Origin: an uncultured Actinomycetota bacterium
GTDB lineage: Bacteria; Actinomycetota; Actinomycetes; Mycobacteriales; Mycobacteriaceae
Length of the DNA: 64,000 bases
Reading direction: 5' to 3'
Assembly: GCA_963799495.1 (NCBI GenBank)
Contig: CAWCXH010000004.1
Coordinates: 67,232-131,231 of the forward strand
Shown here one piece after another: positions 53,259 through 63,697 of the stretch (positions within the stretch are counted from its first letter, which is position 1; each line of letters starts with the position of its first letter). Made by a program: the position numbers and the translations under genes. The notes below the pieces were generated by a model that was not told the DNA's origin, searched no databases, and saw only the letters and a list, made by a program, of their open reading frames with translations.

Positions 53259-54067
53259 ACATGGACCAGCGCGCGCAGCTTGTCCAGCCGCGCGGGACCG
53301 ATGCCGTCGACATCGCCGAGTTGGTCGACGCTGTTGAACCGCCCGTGCGCGTCGCGCCATGCGACGATCGCTGCCGCGGTCACCGGACCGACACCGGGCA
53401 GGGTGTCGAGTTGCTCGACGGTGGCGGAGTTCAGATCCACCAAACCTCCCGGCGCAGAGGCACTTCCGCTCGTGGCGGGCGCACCCGGCGGTGTACCGGT
53501 GCTCGGCTCGGTCTTGACGGAGCTGCCCATCGCGGCAGGCGAACCCTGCGGCGTCGCGATACCGACGATGATCTGCTCACCGTCGGCGACCCGGCGGGCC
53601 ATGTTCAGCCCCATCAGGTCGGCGCCGTCGAGCGCCCCGCCGGCGGCGGTGAGGGCGTCGGCGATCCGTGCGCCCGGACTCAGCGTTACCAGACCGGGTT
53701 TGTGCACAAGCCCGACCACGCTGACGACGACCGGCTCGTCGGGTCGGATCGCGGGCGCACTCGGTGACGGGCTCGCCGATGAAACCATCTCCACCGGCGG
53801 CAGTTTGGCCGATGCAACGGGCGGCGGCTTGTCCCGGATCAGCGTGAACACCGTCACGAGCACGGCCAGGACGCCGACCGCCGCCAGCGCCATCGCACCG
53901 GCCTTCCCCGGGTCGGCCCGCACTGCCGCCAACCAGCCGGCGCTGTTGCCGGTCTCCGGCAGCCATCGTGACAGCGAGGTGTCCGGTTGGTCGTCCTCAG
54001 CGGTGTCGGAGTCTGTTTCGGCTCCCAGGCGGCGCTGCAACCGCTCGGCGGGCAGTTCGGTTCGCAT
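53255..54067 (-). CDS. comEA: ComEA DNA-binding protein (SLBB + HhH)
   Basis: GLVHKPGLV, DLNSAT.EQLDTLPGVGP..A; TACCGT -10 box 7 nt before ATG. Confidence 0.92.
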   Translation of the reverse strand: MRTELPAERLQRRLGAETDSDTAEDDQPDTSLSRWLPETGNSAGWLAAVRADPGKAGAMALAAVGVLAVLVTVFTLIRDKPPPVASAKLPPVEMVSSASPSPSAPAIRPDEPVVVSVVGLVHKPGLVTLSPGARIADALTAAGGALDGADLMGLNMARRVADGEQIIVGIATPQGSPAAMGSSVKTEPSTGTPPGAPATSGSASAPGGLVDLNSATVEQLDTLPGVGPVTAAAIVAWRDAHGRFNSVDQLGDVDGIGPARLDKLRALVHV

Positions 54068-54130
54068 GCGCCCGACGGTAGGTTCGACCGCAGACCAGTC
54101 TGGTCACCAACCGATCCGATCCGGGCGGCC

Positions 54131-54157
54131 TGTGGATCAACTCGCGACTGTGGACAA
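54131..54157. promoter_or_regulatory. Two DnaA-box-like 9-mers upstream of comEA
   Basis: TGTGGATCA (54131) and TGTGGACAA (54149; reverse complement TTGTCCACA). Confidence 0.5.
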
Positions 54158-54166
54158 AGCGAACCC

Positions 54167-55390
54167 CTAAGACTCGCGGTCAGACTTCTTGCCGGCGCCA
54201 TCGTCGTCGCGGCTCGACTTGTCGCTGCCAGCCTCGTCGGCGCCCTTGTCGCCCAGCTTGTTTCGTTCTCGCTTTGCGCTGCCGTCAAACACGCGACGCA
54301 GGTTGTCGACGACCTTCTTCAGTGATTCATTATTGGCGTGTCGGCGTTCACCGGACTTCGCTGCGTCATCGGCGGGACGGAAGGTGGCCGCCCGGTCTGG
54401 CGTTGATGACTCGTCGTTCGAGGCCGTGGCGACCGATCGCTGAGATGGACCGGTGGCGCGACGGGCGATATCGCTGCCGGTCCTGGATTGCCTCGGCTCA
54501 TCCTGGCTGTCCGCAGCCTTGCTGGTCGTGGCTGGCGTCTGTGTCGGCGTCGGGAACGGATCGTCTAGCGAATCGCGGATATTGGTGACCGCCGTCTCGA
54601 CCGCGTCAACGACCAGGCCGCCGGCCTGGCGAACCACGTCGGTTGCCTTTGCGGCGCCGGCCGTCACGGCCGCACCGACATCGCCGGATTGGGCCAACTC
54701 CTGCGCGCCGGCATCTGCCGTTTGGACGACACCGAGTAAGACCAATTCGCCGGCTTGGAAAGCGACCGCCCAGGCGACGTTGAGGCTCTCGACGACGGCG
54801 ACCTGCACGAAGCCTTCTGCTCCGGTTTCCGTGGGCGGGTTTTCTCGGACCGGTAGCGGCTGCTCGAGTGCGGCGAGGATCTTTGTGCGCGCGGTCTGCA
54901 CCGCCTGCGGGAGTTCAGCGGGTTGGAGCACCGCAACCGCAACATTGAGCCCTTGGACCACCGCAACATTCAAGTTGTTTCGCGCCTTTGGCACGACCCT
55001 GAACACATCGGTCAGGATGATTCCTTCCGCTGCGTCGTTGGCAGGTCCGGTCACCGATGCCGCGGCGGCACCGATCGATCTCGTGAGAGAACCTGTCGAC
55101 TGAAGGCCCCCAACGAACGCCACCGGAGCGAGCGCCGCCCCGATGGGCACGGTGATCGCACCCTGAACGATGAACGGGCAAATGACCCCGCAGTACTGGA
55201 ATTGGTTGGCGATGAAGGCCAGCGGTACAGAGCCCAGCGGCGGGCCCGGGGCCGCGGCCAGTTGGACCTCGTGGACGGCGGTCGTCGGCGAATGAATCTC
55301 GGGTGGTGGTGCGAGCGGCGCAACCGCGAGGGCACCGATCCCCACGACGGCAACACCGGCAATGACGGACGAGCGAACTTGCGCATGCAT
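54167..55390 (-). CDS. Exported Ala-rich hypothetical protein with charged low-complexity tail
   Basis: GVAVVGIGALAVAP N-terminus, EVQLAAA, CGVICPF motif. Confidence 0.7.
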   Translation of the reverse strand: MHAQVRSSVIAGVAVVGIGALAVAPLAPPPEIHSPTTAVHEVQLAAAPGPPLGSVPLAFIANQFQYCGVICPFIVQGAITVPIGAALAPVAFVGGLQSTGSLTRSIGAAAASVTGPANDAAEGIILTDVFRVVPKARNNLNVAVVQGLNVAVAVLQPAELPQAVQTARTKILAALEQPLPVRENPPTETGAEGFVQVAVVESLNVAWAVAFQAGELVLLGVVQTADAGAQELAQSGDVGAAVTAGAAKATDVVRQAGGLVVDAVETAVTNIRDSLDDPFPTPTQTPATTSKAADSQDEPRQSRTGSDIARRATGPSQRSVATASNDESSTPDRAATFRPADDAAKSGERRHANNESLKKVVDNLRRVFDGSAKRERNKLGDKGADEAGSDKSSRDDDGAGKKSDRES

Positions 55391-55546
55391 GACGCCCCCT
55401 ATTGTGTTGTGATCCGGAACACACTCATATCCACGGTCGCGACGGTCGAAAAGTTCGAATTCGGCACAGGGTTTGCGTGGGACGCGGTCACCGAACGCGC
55501 CTCCTTTGGGTACGGTCACCGCGAAGCACAACGAGGAGAAGCGCCT

Positions 55547-56605
55547 GTGAGTACGCCGACCGCCGATCGACCCCTACGGGTGGTCCAGTGGACCACCGGG
55601 AACATCGGACGACGGTCGCTGCACGCGATCATCGGCCGAGGCGACATGGAACTAGTCGGCGTCTACGCCCACGGCGCCGACAAGGTCGGTGTGGACGCCG
55701 CCGAACTTGCCGGCTGGCCGGAACCCACCGGTGTCAAGGCCACCAACGACATCGACGCGCTGATCGCCCTGAAGCCCGACGCGTGTTGCTACAACCCGCT
55801 GTGGCCGAACATCGACGAACTCACCCGGCTGCTCGAGTCCGGCGTCAACGTGTGCTCCAGCGCGGCCTGGATCACCGGCGGCAAGCAGACCCCTGAGGAC
55901 CTCGAACGCATCCGAAAGGCTTGCGAGAAGGGCAATTCGACGATCTTCGGCAGCGGCGCCCATCCCGGTATGACGAACATGGTCGGCATGGTGCTCAGCG
56001 GGTCCTGCGAGCGGGTCGACGAGATTCGCATCACCGAGTCGGTGGACTGCTCGACCTACGAGTCGGCCGGCACCCAGACCGCGATGGGCTTCTCACAGGA
56101 TCCGGACACCCCAGGACTGGCGGAAAGCGTCCGGCGGGAAAGCGAGGTCTTCGCCGAATCGGCGGCGATGATGGCCGACGCGATCGGCGCCAAGCTCGAC
56201 AAGATGACGTTCGACGTCACGTTCACCGCCGCGACCGGCGATACCGACCTGGGCTTTATGCAGATCCCCAACGGAACCGTGGCGGGCGTGTACGGCTATC
56301 ACCGCGGCTGGGTCGGCGACAAGAACGTCGTCAGTGTGGGTTTCAACTGGACCATGGGCGACCACGTCACGCCGCCGAAGCCGCTCGAGCACGGCCACGT
56401 CATCCAGGTTTTCGGACTGCCCAATATGCGCACCGTTCTGCACTGCCTGCCGCCCAAGGACTGGACCGAGCCCGGCTTCATGGGACTGGGCATGATCTAC
56501 ACCGCCATGCCCGTCACCAACGCCGTGCCCGCGGTCGTGGCGGCCGAACCCGGCATCGTGACGCTGAAGGATCTGTCGCCAATAACCGGGCGCGCGGCGA
56601 TGTAG
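55547..56605 (+). CDS. DapB/diaminopentanoate dehydrogenase-like NAD(P)-dependent oxidoreductase
   Basis: GAGGAG RBS; VVQWTTGNIG, KVGVDAAEL, LESGVNV, GAHPG. Confidence 0.8.
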   Translation: MSTPTADRPLRVVQWTTGNIGRRSLHAIIGRGDMELVGVYAHGADKVGVDAAELAGWPEPTGVKATNDIDALIALKPDACCYNPLWPNIDELTRLLESGVNVCSSAAWITGGKQTPEDLERIRKACEKGNSTIFGSGAHPGMTNMVGMVLSGSCERVDEIRITESVDCSTYESAGTQTAMGFSQDPDTPGLAESVRRESEVFAESAAMMADAIGAKLDKMTFDVTFTAATGDTDLGFMQIPNGTVAGVYGYHRGWVGDKNVVSVGFNWTMGDHVTPPKPLEHGHVIQVFGLPNMRTVLHCLPPKDWTEPGFMGLGMIYTAMPVTNAVPAVVAAEPGIVTLKDLSPITGRAAM

Positions 56606-56615
56606 CAGGATCGCG

Positions 56616-57449
56616 TCAGTCGGCGAGTTCCACGCACACGCCGACCGCGCCGGCGCCGACGTGGGTCGCCAGCACCGGCCCCATGTCCGTGACGGTCAGC
56701 CGCTCAACCTGCGGCAGGCGGGTGGTCAGCGCCGCGGCCACCGCATCGGCGGCGTCATGGTTGTCGACGTGGTGCACGGCGATGGCGGCCCGGCGGTTGC
56801 CGACGACAGCGGCGACCTGATCGACCATCGCGGCATGGGCCTTGGTGACGGTGCGGATCCGCTGGGACAACACCAGCCGGCCGTCCACGTCCAGACACAG
56901 CAGCGGCTTGAGCGACAGGGCGGTGCCCAGCCACGACGCGGCCGTGCCGATCCGGCCGCTGCGCCGGAGATTGTCCAGGCGATTCACCACGATGAAGGCG
57001 TGGCCGCGCGGAATGGCGGCACGTGCGGCCGCCTCGACGGCATCCAGGTCGGCGCCGGATTCCGCTGACCGCGCCGCGGCGAGTGCGACGAACCCGGTCC
57101 CCATCGCCGTCGACCGCGAATTCACCAGCCGCACCGACGGGCCGAACTCTCGCGCCGCCTGCACCGCGGAGCTGAACGTGCTCGACAACGCCGCCGAGAT
57201 GTGCACGCCCACCACTCCGTCCCCGCCGCTGTCGGCCAGCGCCTCGCGGTAGGCGTCGGCGAGCTCGGCCGGTGTGGCCCCCGCCGTGGTGGCGTGCCGG
57301 TCGTGGATGTCGTGCGGCACATCGTCGACGCCGTCGCGCAGATCCATGCCGTCGAGCAGGAGGTGCAACGGCACCTGACAGATCCCCCACCGCTTGCACT
57401 CGTCTGACTGCAGTCGTGAGGAAGAGTCGGTCACCACCACAACGGCCAT
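56616..57449 (-). CDS. DegV family fatty-acid-binding protein
   Basis: VVTDSS, HISAALSST, LRRSGRIG, LKPLL, HVGAGAVG. Confidence 0.92.
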   Translation of the reverse strand: MAVVVVTDSSSRLQSDECKRWGICQVPLHLLLDGMDLRDGVDDVPHDIHDRHATTAGATPAELADAYREALADSGGDGVVGVHISAALSSTFSSAVQAAREFGPSVRLVNSRSTAMGTGFVALAAARSAESGADLDAVEAAARAAIPRGHAFIVVNRLDNLRRSGRIGTAASWLGTALSLKPLLCLDVDGRLVLSQRIRTVTKAHAAMVDQVAAVVGNRRAAIAVHHVDNHDAADAVAAALTTRLPQVERLTVTDMGPVLATHVGAGAVGVCVELAD

Positions 57450-57451
57450 GG

Positions 57452-58186
57452 TCAGCCGACTGAATCCTGCTGTGGCACTCCGGCCTCCGCCAGTGCCTTG
57501 AGCATGAGCTCGGCGACGGCCTGATGGGCCTCGAAGTTCCAGTGGATGCCGTCCGGGTTGGCGCTCCCGCTCATGACGTGTTCGGCGACGGCCGCCTTGA
57601 GGTCGACCAGCGGAACGTCGTGCTGCTGCGCCCATTCGGTGATCGCCTTGACCGTTCCGGCGCGACCGTGATGCGCCTTGCCGTACGTCGGCGCGATGTG
57701 CACCGACGGCAGCGAGGCGATGATCGGAATGCCGGGACGGTTGAAGTCGATTGCGCCACGGGTCATTTCGAGATACTCGGCAGACAGGTGCGGGGGCAGT
57801 GCGGACCGGGCGATCGGCGAGAACCTCGGCTGCGCCCAACCGTAGCCGTCGCGCACCCAGCGACGAAGCCACGGCGGCCGCACGTAGCGGATGAGCTCGC
57901 GTAGCGCGGTCGGCAGCGGCGAGGGCAGCGAGTCCATTCCTCCGGTCGCGAAGATCACCGCCCCCGCCCGCGGCAGCGCGGCCCACGCCCTCGGGTCCTG
58001 GGTTGCGGCCCACCACACGTCGCGGCAGGTCCAGCCGATCCGCCCGATGAGCTCCAGATCCCAACCCAGTTGATTGGCAACGATATTGGGCCAGATGCGC
58101 GGGTCGTCGGACGGCAGACCGCCGGTGGGTCCGTAGTACGACAGTGAGTCGCAGAAAACCAGGAGCGTCTGTTTAGAGGACGTCAT
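57452..58186 (-). CDS. octT: Diglucosylglycerate octanoyltransferase OctT (SGNH)
   Basis: [21 protein letters not shown]; adjacent to gpgP. Confidence 0.88.
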   Translation of the reverse strand: MTSSKQTLLVFCDSLSYYGPTGGLPSDDPRIWPNIVANQLGWDLELIGRIGWTCRDVWWAATQDPRAWAALPRAGAVIFATGGMDSLPSPLPTALRELIRYVRPPWLRRWVRDGYGWAQPRFSPIARSALPPHLSAEYLEMTRGAIDFNRPGIPIIASLPSVHIAPTYGKAHHGRAGTVKAITEWAQQHDVPLVDLKAAVAEHVMSGSANPDGIHWNFEAHQAVAELMLKALAEAGVPQQDSVG

Positions 58187-58853
58187 TGGCGACCTGTGCC
58201 GAGGCGTTCCATACATCGAGCCGCCAGCGGATGTTGTCCAAGGATGTGTCGGGCACCCCGTCTGTCTGGGTATGCCCCGACAACTGCACCCAGCTGGCGT
58301 TACCCATCCCGCCGAGCGCCGGCCAGTTGTCGACCGGCAGGTCCAACAGCGCCGCGGTCAGCGCGGCAATCAGCCCGCCATGAGCCACCAGCACCACCGG
58401 CCGGTCGGGTTCGTCGGAACCCCAGTCGGATTGAGCCTCCAGCAGTTCGGAGACCACCGGCAAGCTGCGCGCCGCTACATCGACCCGGCTCTCGCCACCG
58501 TGCGGCGCCCACCGCGCGTTCTCCCGCCACGCCACCCGCGCGCCCGGCGCGGCCGCGTCCACCTCGCCATGCGTCAGGCCCTGCCAGTCGCCGAGATGTG
58601 TCTCGCGCAGCCGGGTGTCCACCAGCACCGGCAGTCCGGCCCGTTCGCCCAGCGACACCGCGGTATCCAGTGCGCGCCGCAGGTCCGAGGACACGATGAC
58701 CAGTGGCTGCCGCTTGGCCAGCACCTCGGCGGCGGCCACCGCCTGATCGCGGCCAAGGTCGGACAGGTCGGTGTCCAGCTGGCCCTGCATCCGGCTGCCG
58801 GCGTTGAACTCGGTCTGACCGTGCCGCAGCATCACCAGCCGGCGAACCCTCAT
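58173..58853 (-). CDS. gpgP: Glucosyl-3-phosphoglycerate phosphatase
   Basis: [28 protein letters not shown]. Confidence 0.9.
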   Translation of the reverse strand: MRVRRLVMLRHGQTEFNAGSRMQGQLDTDLSDLGRDQAVAAAEVLAKRQPLVIVSSDLRRALDTAVSLGERAGLPVLVDTRLRETHLGDWQGLTHGEVDAAAPGARVAWRENARWAPHGGESRVDVAARSLPVVSELLEAQSDWGSDEPDRPVVLVAHGGLIAALTAALLDLPVDNWPALGGMGNASWVQLSGHTQTDGVPDTSLDNIRWRLDVWNASAQVANDVL

Positions 58854-59227
58854 TCCGAGATCTCCCCGGGCTCCAGCTCCACCGGCACCACCGGACAGTC
58901 GCGCCACAGCCGGTCCAGGGCATAGAAGCCGCGTTCCTCCTGATGCTGAATGTGCACCACGATGTCGACGTAATCCAGCAGCACCCAGCGGCCTTCCCGT
59001 GCGCCCTCGCGGCGAGCCGGCTTGTAACCCGCCAGCCGCATCTTCTCCTCCACCTCGTCGACGATGGCGCTGACCTGACGTTCGTTGGAGGCCGACGCGA
59101 TGACGAAGCAGTCGGTGATGACCAGTTGGCCGGACACGTCGATGACCACGACATCGTCGGCCAGCTTGGCGGCGGCGGCCCGGGCGGTCACGGCCGCCAT
59201 GTGAAGCGCGTCGTCGGAGGCCGTCAC
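58850..59227 (-). CDS. rsfS: Ribosome silencing factor
   Basis: [29 protein letters not shown]. Confidence 0.95.
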   Translation of the reverse strand: MTASDDALHMAAVTARAAAAKLADDVVVIDVSGQLVITDCFVIASASNERQVSAIVDEVEEKMRLAGYKPARREGAREGRWVLLDYVDIVVHIQHQEERGFYALDRLWRDCPVVPVELEPGEISE

Positions 59228-59862
59228 GTCCGGTTTCCGGTCGCCAGGCTGTGTGTTCGGTAGAGCCCGCGCTTGGACACGTACTGCACGACGCCGTCGG
59301 GCACCAGGTACCAGATCGGCCGGGACTCCTCGGCGCGCTTGCGGCAGTCGCTCGACGAGATCGCCAGCGCCGGCACTTCGACCAACCTCAGCGCGTCGGC
59401 CGGCAGTTCCTTGCGCGCTTCGGCGATGTGCTTGCCGTCCAGCTCGTAGCCGGGGCGGCTCACCCCGACGAACTTGGCCATCGAGAACAGGTCTTCCCAG
59501 TTCTGCCAGGACAGGATCGACGCCAGCGCGTCGGCGCCGGTGATGAAGTACAGGTCGGTGTCGGGGTTGAGCGCTTGCAGGTCGCGCAGTGTGTCCTTGG
59601 TGTAGGTGGGTCCCCCGCGGTCGATGTCGACGCGGCTGACCGAGAAGCGGGGATTGGACGCCGTGGCGATGACCGTCATCAGGTAGCGGTCTTCGGCGGG
59701 GGTGACGTAGCGGTGATGCTTCTGCCACGGCTGACCGGTCGGCACGAACACCACTTCGGCGAGTTCGAACAGATCGGCAACCTCGCTGGCTGCGACCAGG
59801 TGCCCGTTGTGGACGGGATCGAACGTCCCGCCCATCACACCGAGCCTGCGTCGAGATTGCAC
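59224..59862 (-). CDS. nadD: Nicotinate-nucleotide adenylyltransferase
   Basis: [22 protein letters not shown]. Confidence 0.96.
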   Translation of the reverse strand: MQSRRRLGVMGGTFDPVHNGHLVAASEVADLFELAEVVFVPTGQPWQKHHRYVTPAEDRYLMTVIATASNPRFSVSRVDIDRGGPTYTKDTLRDLQALNPDTDLYFITGADALASILSWQNWEDLFSMAKFVGVSRPGYELDGKHIAEARKELPADALRLVEVPALAISSSDCRKRAEESRPIWYLVPDGVVQYVSKRGLYRTHSLATGNRT

Positions 59863-59964
59863 GAATAGCCAGCTTACGGCAGCGCGGAGGTCTACTCATT
59901 TGCGGCAATGGGCCGGGCTCTGAGCGCCCAGATCGACGTTTTGCAGACTTCTTCTCGAACTTTT

Positions 59965-59988
59965 TCGCCCAAACGTTGGTTTGGGCGA
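59965..59988. terminator. Hairpin TCGCCCAAAC-GTTG-GTTTGGGCGA downstream of the vWA gene
   Basis: Perfect 10-bp stem 4 nt past the stop; no U-tract on the minus strand. Confidence 0.55.
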
Positions 59989-59992
59989 TCAG

Positions 59993-61432
59993 TCAGACCG
60001 GCAACAGCTGGTCGATCACCGAGGCCAGCTGCTTGGCCGACCGGCATTCATGCATGGTGATGATGTCCTGGTACTTCGGAACCGCCGAGTCACCGCTGCC
60101 CCACAGGTGCCTGGGCTCGGGGTTGAGCCAGTGCGCGTGGCGGCTGGCGGTGACCATGTGGGTCAGCAGCTCGGTTTCCGGGTTGCGGTAGTTGTTGCGC
60201 CCGTCGCCGAGCACCAGCAACGAGCTGCGCGGCGACAGCACGTTGGGGTACTTGTCCAGGAACGACACGAACGCGTGGCCGTAATCGGAGTGGCCGTCGC
60301 GGGTGTAGACGCCGGCCTCGCGGGTGATGCGCTGCACGGCGACGGCCAGGTCGGCGTCGGGCCCGAACAGTTCGGTGACCTCGTCGGTGGTGTCGATGAA
60401 GGCAAAGACGCGAACGCGCGAGAACTGCTGACGCAGCGCGTGCACCAACAGCAGCGTGAAGTGGCTGAAGCCCGCGACCGAGCCGGACACGTCGCACAGC
60501 ACCACCAGTTCCGGTCGGGCCGGATGGGGCTTGCGCAGCACCACATCGATCGGCACCCCCCCGGTCGACATCGACTTGCGCAGCGTCTTGCGCAGGTCGA
60601 TCTCGCCGGCCCGCGAGCGCCGCCGCCGCGCCGCCAGCCGCGTGGCCAGGGTGCGGGCCAGCGGCGCCACCACCCGGCGCATCTGGCGCAGTTGTTCACC
60701 AGAGGCCCGCAGGAACTCGACGTTCTCCGCCAACTGCGGGATGCCGTACATCTGCACGTGCTCGCGGCCGAGCTGTTCGGCGGTGCGGCGCTTGGTCTCC
60801 GCCTCCACCATCTTGCGCAGCTGCGAGATCTTCTGGGCGGCAAGCGCTTTGGCGATCTGCTCCTGGGTGGGGGTGGGTTCCTCGCCGTAGGGCGCGAGCA
60901 GACCGGCCAACAGCCGGCCCTCAAGATCGTCCAGCGCCATCGCCTTGAGTGCCTGATACGACGAATACGACGGGCCGCGGCTGGAGCTGTAGCGGCCGTA
61001 GGCCTCGACGATCTGCGCGATCATCGCGGCCAATCGCTCATCCATGTTGGCGAGGTCGTCGTCGGTCAGCAGGTCGAGCAGCATGGCCCGCATCGCCTCG
61101 ACGTCCTCGGGCGGCAGCCCCTCCGGCTCACCCTCGACCTCGTCGTCGACCAGCACGGTCCTGCCGCCCAGCGCCGCCGGGAACCACAGGTCGAACATGG
61201 CGTCATAGGTGTCGCGGTGATCGGGGCGGCGCAGCACCGCACACGCAATGCCCTCGCGCAGCACCTCACGGTCGCCCAGCCCGAGCGTGGCCATCACCCG
61301 GCCGGCGTCGACGGTCTCCGACGGCCCCACCGAAATCCCCTGCCCGCGTAGCGCTTCAACGAACTCCACCAGGTGGCCGGGCAGTCCATGTGGCGCCAAC
61401 GGCTGCGGCGGGCGGGTGCGGCGGACGGCCAT
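59993..61432 (-). CDS. vWA-domain CoxE-like protein
   Basis: IDLRKTLRKS, LCDVSGSV MIDAS, LVLGDGRNN, WLNPEP. Confidence 0.9.
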   Translation of the reverse strand: MAVRRTRPPQPLAPHGLPGHLVEFVEALRGQGISVGPSETVDAGRVMATLGLGDREVLREGIACAVLRRPDHRDTYDAMFDLWFPAALGGRTVLVDDEVEGEPEGLPPEDVEAMRAMLLDLLTDDDLANMDERLAAMIAQIVEAYGRYSSSRGPSYSSYQALKAMALDDLEGRLLAGLLAPYGEEPTPTQEQIAKALAAQKISQLRKMVEAETKRRTAEQLGREHVQMYGIPQLAENVEFLRASGEQLRQMRRVVAPLARTLATRLAARRRRSRAGEIDLRKTLRKSMSTGGVPIDVVLRKPHPARPELVVLCDVSGSVAGFSHFTLLLVHALRQQFSRVRVFAFIDTTDEVTELFGPDADLAVAVQRITREAGVYTRDGHSDYGHAFVSFLDKYPNVLSPRSSLLVLGDGRNNYRNPETELLTHMVTASRHAHWLNPEPRHLWGSGDSAVPKYQDIITMHECRSAKQLASVIDQLLPV

Positions 61433-61445
61433 CAGTTCAGCCCCG

Positions 61446-62321
61446 TCAATTCAGCCGGAGTTCCCCGGCCGCCCGGGTCTGATCGGACTGGTGTTTGAGC
61501 ACCACACCCAGGGTGGCCGCGATGGTCGCGTCGTCGATGGTGTCCAGCCCCAGGGCCAACACCGTGCGTCCCCAGTCGATGGTTTCGGCCACCGACGGCA
61601 GCTTCTTGAGCTGCATGCCGCGCAGCACACCAATGATGCGGACCAGTTCCTCGGCCAGATGCTCGGGCAGTTCGGGCACCCGGGACAGCAGGATGCGCCG
61701 CTCCAGGTCCGGGTCGGGGAAGTCGATGTGCAGGAACAGACAGCGCCGCTTGAGCGCCTCGGACAGTTCCCGGGTGGCGTTGGAGGTCAACAGGACGAAC
61801 GGGGCGCGCGACGCGGTGATGGTGCCCAGTTCCGGGACGGTGACCGCGAAGTCGCTGAGCACCTCCAGCAGCAGGCCCTCGATCTCGATATCGGCCTTAT
61901 CGGTTTCGTCGACCAACAGCACCGTGGGTTCGGTGCGCCGGATCGCGGTCAAAAGCGGACGCGACAGCAGAAACTCTTCACTGAATACGTCGGTCTTCGT
62001 CTGGTCCCAGTCGCCGGACCCGGCCTGGATGCGCAGGATCTGTTTGGCGTGGTTCCACTCGTACAGGGCGCGGGCCTCGTCGACGCCCTCGTAGCACTGC
62101 AGGCGCACCAGATCCGAGCCGGTGGCCTGCGCAACGGCCCGGGCCAGCTCGGTCTTGCCGACTCCGGCGGGGCCCTCCACCAACAACGGCTTGCCCAACC
62201 GGTCGGCCAGGAACACCGCTGTGGCCGTTGCGGTATCGGGCAGGTAGCCGGTTTCGGCCAGCCGCCTCGCGACGTCGTCGATGTCGGCGAACAGCGGTGC
62301 CGGGCGTGCGGGGACGCTCAC
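61446..62321 (-). CDS. MoxR/CoxD-like AAA ATPase
   Basis: GPAGVGKT, LQCYEG, LLVDETDK, ELSEALKRRC. Confidence 0.92.
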   Translation of the reverse strand: MSVPARPAPLFADIDDVARRLAETGYLPDTATATAVFLADRLGKPLLVEGPAGVGKTELARAVAQATGSDLVRLQCYEGVDEARALYEWNHAKQILRIQAGSGDWDQTKTDVFSEEFLLSRPLLTAIRRTEPTVLLVDETDKADIEIEGLLLEVLSDFAVTVPELGTITASRAPFVLLTSNATRELSEALKRRCLFLHIDFPDPDLERRILLSRVPELPEHLAEELVRIIGVLRGMQLKKLPSVAETIDWGRTVLALGLDTIDDATIAATLGVVLKHQSDQTRAAGELRLN

Positions 62322-62339
62322 TGTAGTTTTCTCCTGCTG

Positions 62340-63611
62340 TCAGGCCGGGCGGGTATGGCCGTCGCCCCACACGATCCACTTGGTTGACGTCAGTTCCGGC
62401 AGTCCCATCGGGCCGCGGGCGTGCAGCTTCTGGGTGGAGATGCCGATCTCGGCGCCGAAGCCGAACTGCTCGCCGTCGGTGAAAGCCGTCGACGCGTTGA
62501 CCATAACCGCGGCGGCGTCGACCTGCTCGGTGAAGCGTTGGGCGGCAGCCAGGTTGGTCGCCACGATGGCTTCGGTGTGGCCGGTGCCGTATTCGTTGAC
62601 GTGAGCGATCGCGGCGTCCAGGCCGTCCACCACCGCCAGCGCGATGTCCATCGACAGGAATTCGGCGCGCAGGTCGTCCTCGCCGGCGTCGACGTGCACC
62701 GTCACCCCCGCGTCCTGCAGCGCGCCCACCAACCGCGGCACCGCGCGGTCGGCGATCGACGCGTCGATCAGTAGCGACTCGGCGGCGTTACAGACGCTCG
62801 GGCGGCGCGTCTTGGAGTTCAGCAGGATTCGTTCGGCCACCTCGAGATCGGCCGACTCGTGCACGTAGACATGACAATTGCCGACGCCGGTCTCGATGGT
62901 CGGCACCTGGGCGTCGCGGACGACGGCGTCGATCAGTCCCGCTCCCCCGCGCGGGATGACCACGTCGACCAGGCCGCGGGCCTGGATCAGGTGGGTGACG
63001 CTGGCGCGGTCGTCGCTGGGCAGCAACTGCACGGCGTCGCGCGCCAGGCCCTCGTTACTGAGCGCAGCCCGCAGCGCGCCCACCAATGCCGCGTTGGAAC
63101 GCGCCGCCGAGGAACTGCCCCGCAGCAGCACGGCGTTGCCGGATTTGAGCGTCAAACCGAACGCGTCCACCGTCACGTTGGGCCGGCCTTCGTAGACGAT
63201 GCCGACCACGCCCAGAGGAACACGCTGCTGACGCAGCTGCAGGCCATTGGGTAGCGTGCGTCCACGCACCAGTTCGCCGATCGGGTCGGGCAGGCCGGCG
63301 ACCTGACGCAGGCCGTGGGCGATGGCGTCGACGCGCTGCGGGTCGAGGGCGAGCCGGTCGAGCATGGCGGCCGGGGTTCCGGCTGCGCGGGCGGCGTCCA
63401 GGTCTTCGTGGTTGGCGGCCAGGATGTCGTGGGTTCGGGCGAGCAGGGCGTCGGCGGCCGCGCGCAGCGCCCGGTCCTTCGTCGCGGTGCTCAGCGTGCC
63501 CAGTGTGCGGGCCGCGACGCGGGCCCGGCGGGCGGCCTCGTGGACCAGTTCGCGCAAGTCGGACTCGGCTGCGCTGCTGCCCTGCGAAAGCGACGGTGCT
63601 TGCAGACTCAT
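62340..63611 (-). CDS. proA: Gamma-glutamyl phosphate reductase
   Basis: [41 protein letters not shown]. Confidence 0.97.
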   Translation of the reverse strand: MSLQAPSLSQGSSAAESDLRELVHEAARRARVAARTLGTLSTATKDRALRAAADALLARTHDILAANHEDLDAARAAGTPAAMLDRLALDPQRVDAIAHGLRQVAGLPDPIGELVRGRTLPNGLQLRQQRVPLGVVGIVYEGRPNVTVDAFGLTLKSGNAVLLRGSSSAARSNAALVGALRAALSNEGLARDAVQLLPSDDRASVTHLIQARGLVDVVIPRGGAGLIDAVVRDAQVPTIETGVGNCHVYVHESADLEVAERILLNSKTRRPSVCNAAESLLIDASIADRAVPRLVGALQDAGVTVHVDAGEDDLRAEFLSMDIALAVVDGLDAAIAHVNEYGTGHTEAIVATNLAAAQRFTEQVDAAAVMVNASTAFTDGEQFGFGAEIGISTQKLHARGPMGLPELTSTKWIVWGDGHTRPA

Positions 63612-63697
63612 TAGTCCAGCGTATCGGAGGGGAATGCAGCGCTCGACGCGTGTCAGTGCGCACCCTGCGACCGGCCGCTGGACTACGGTGGACGACT

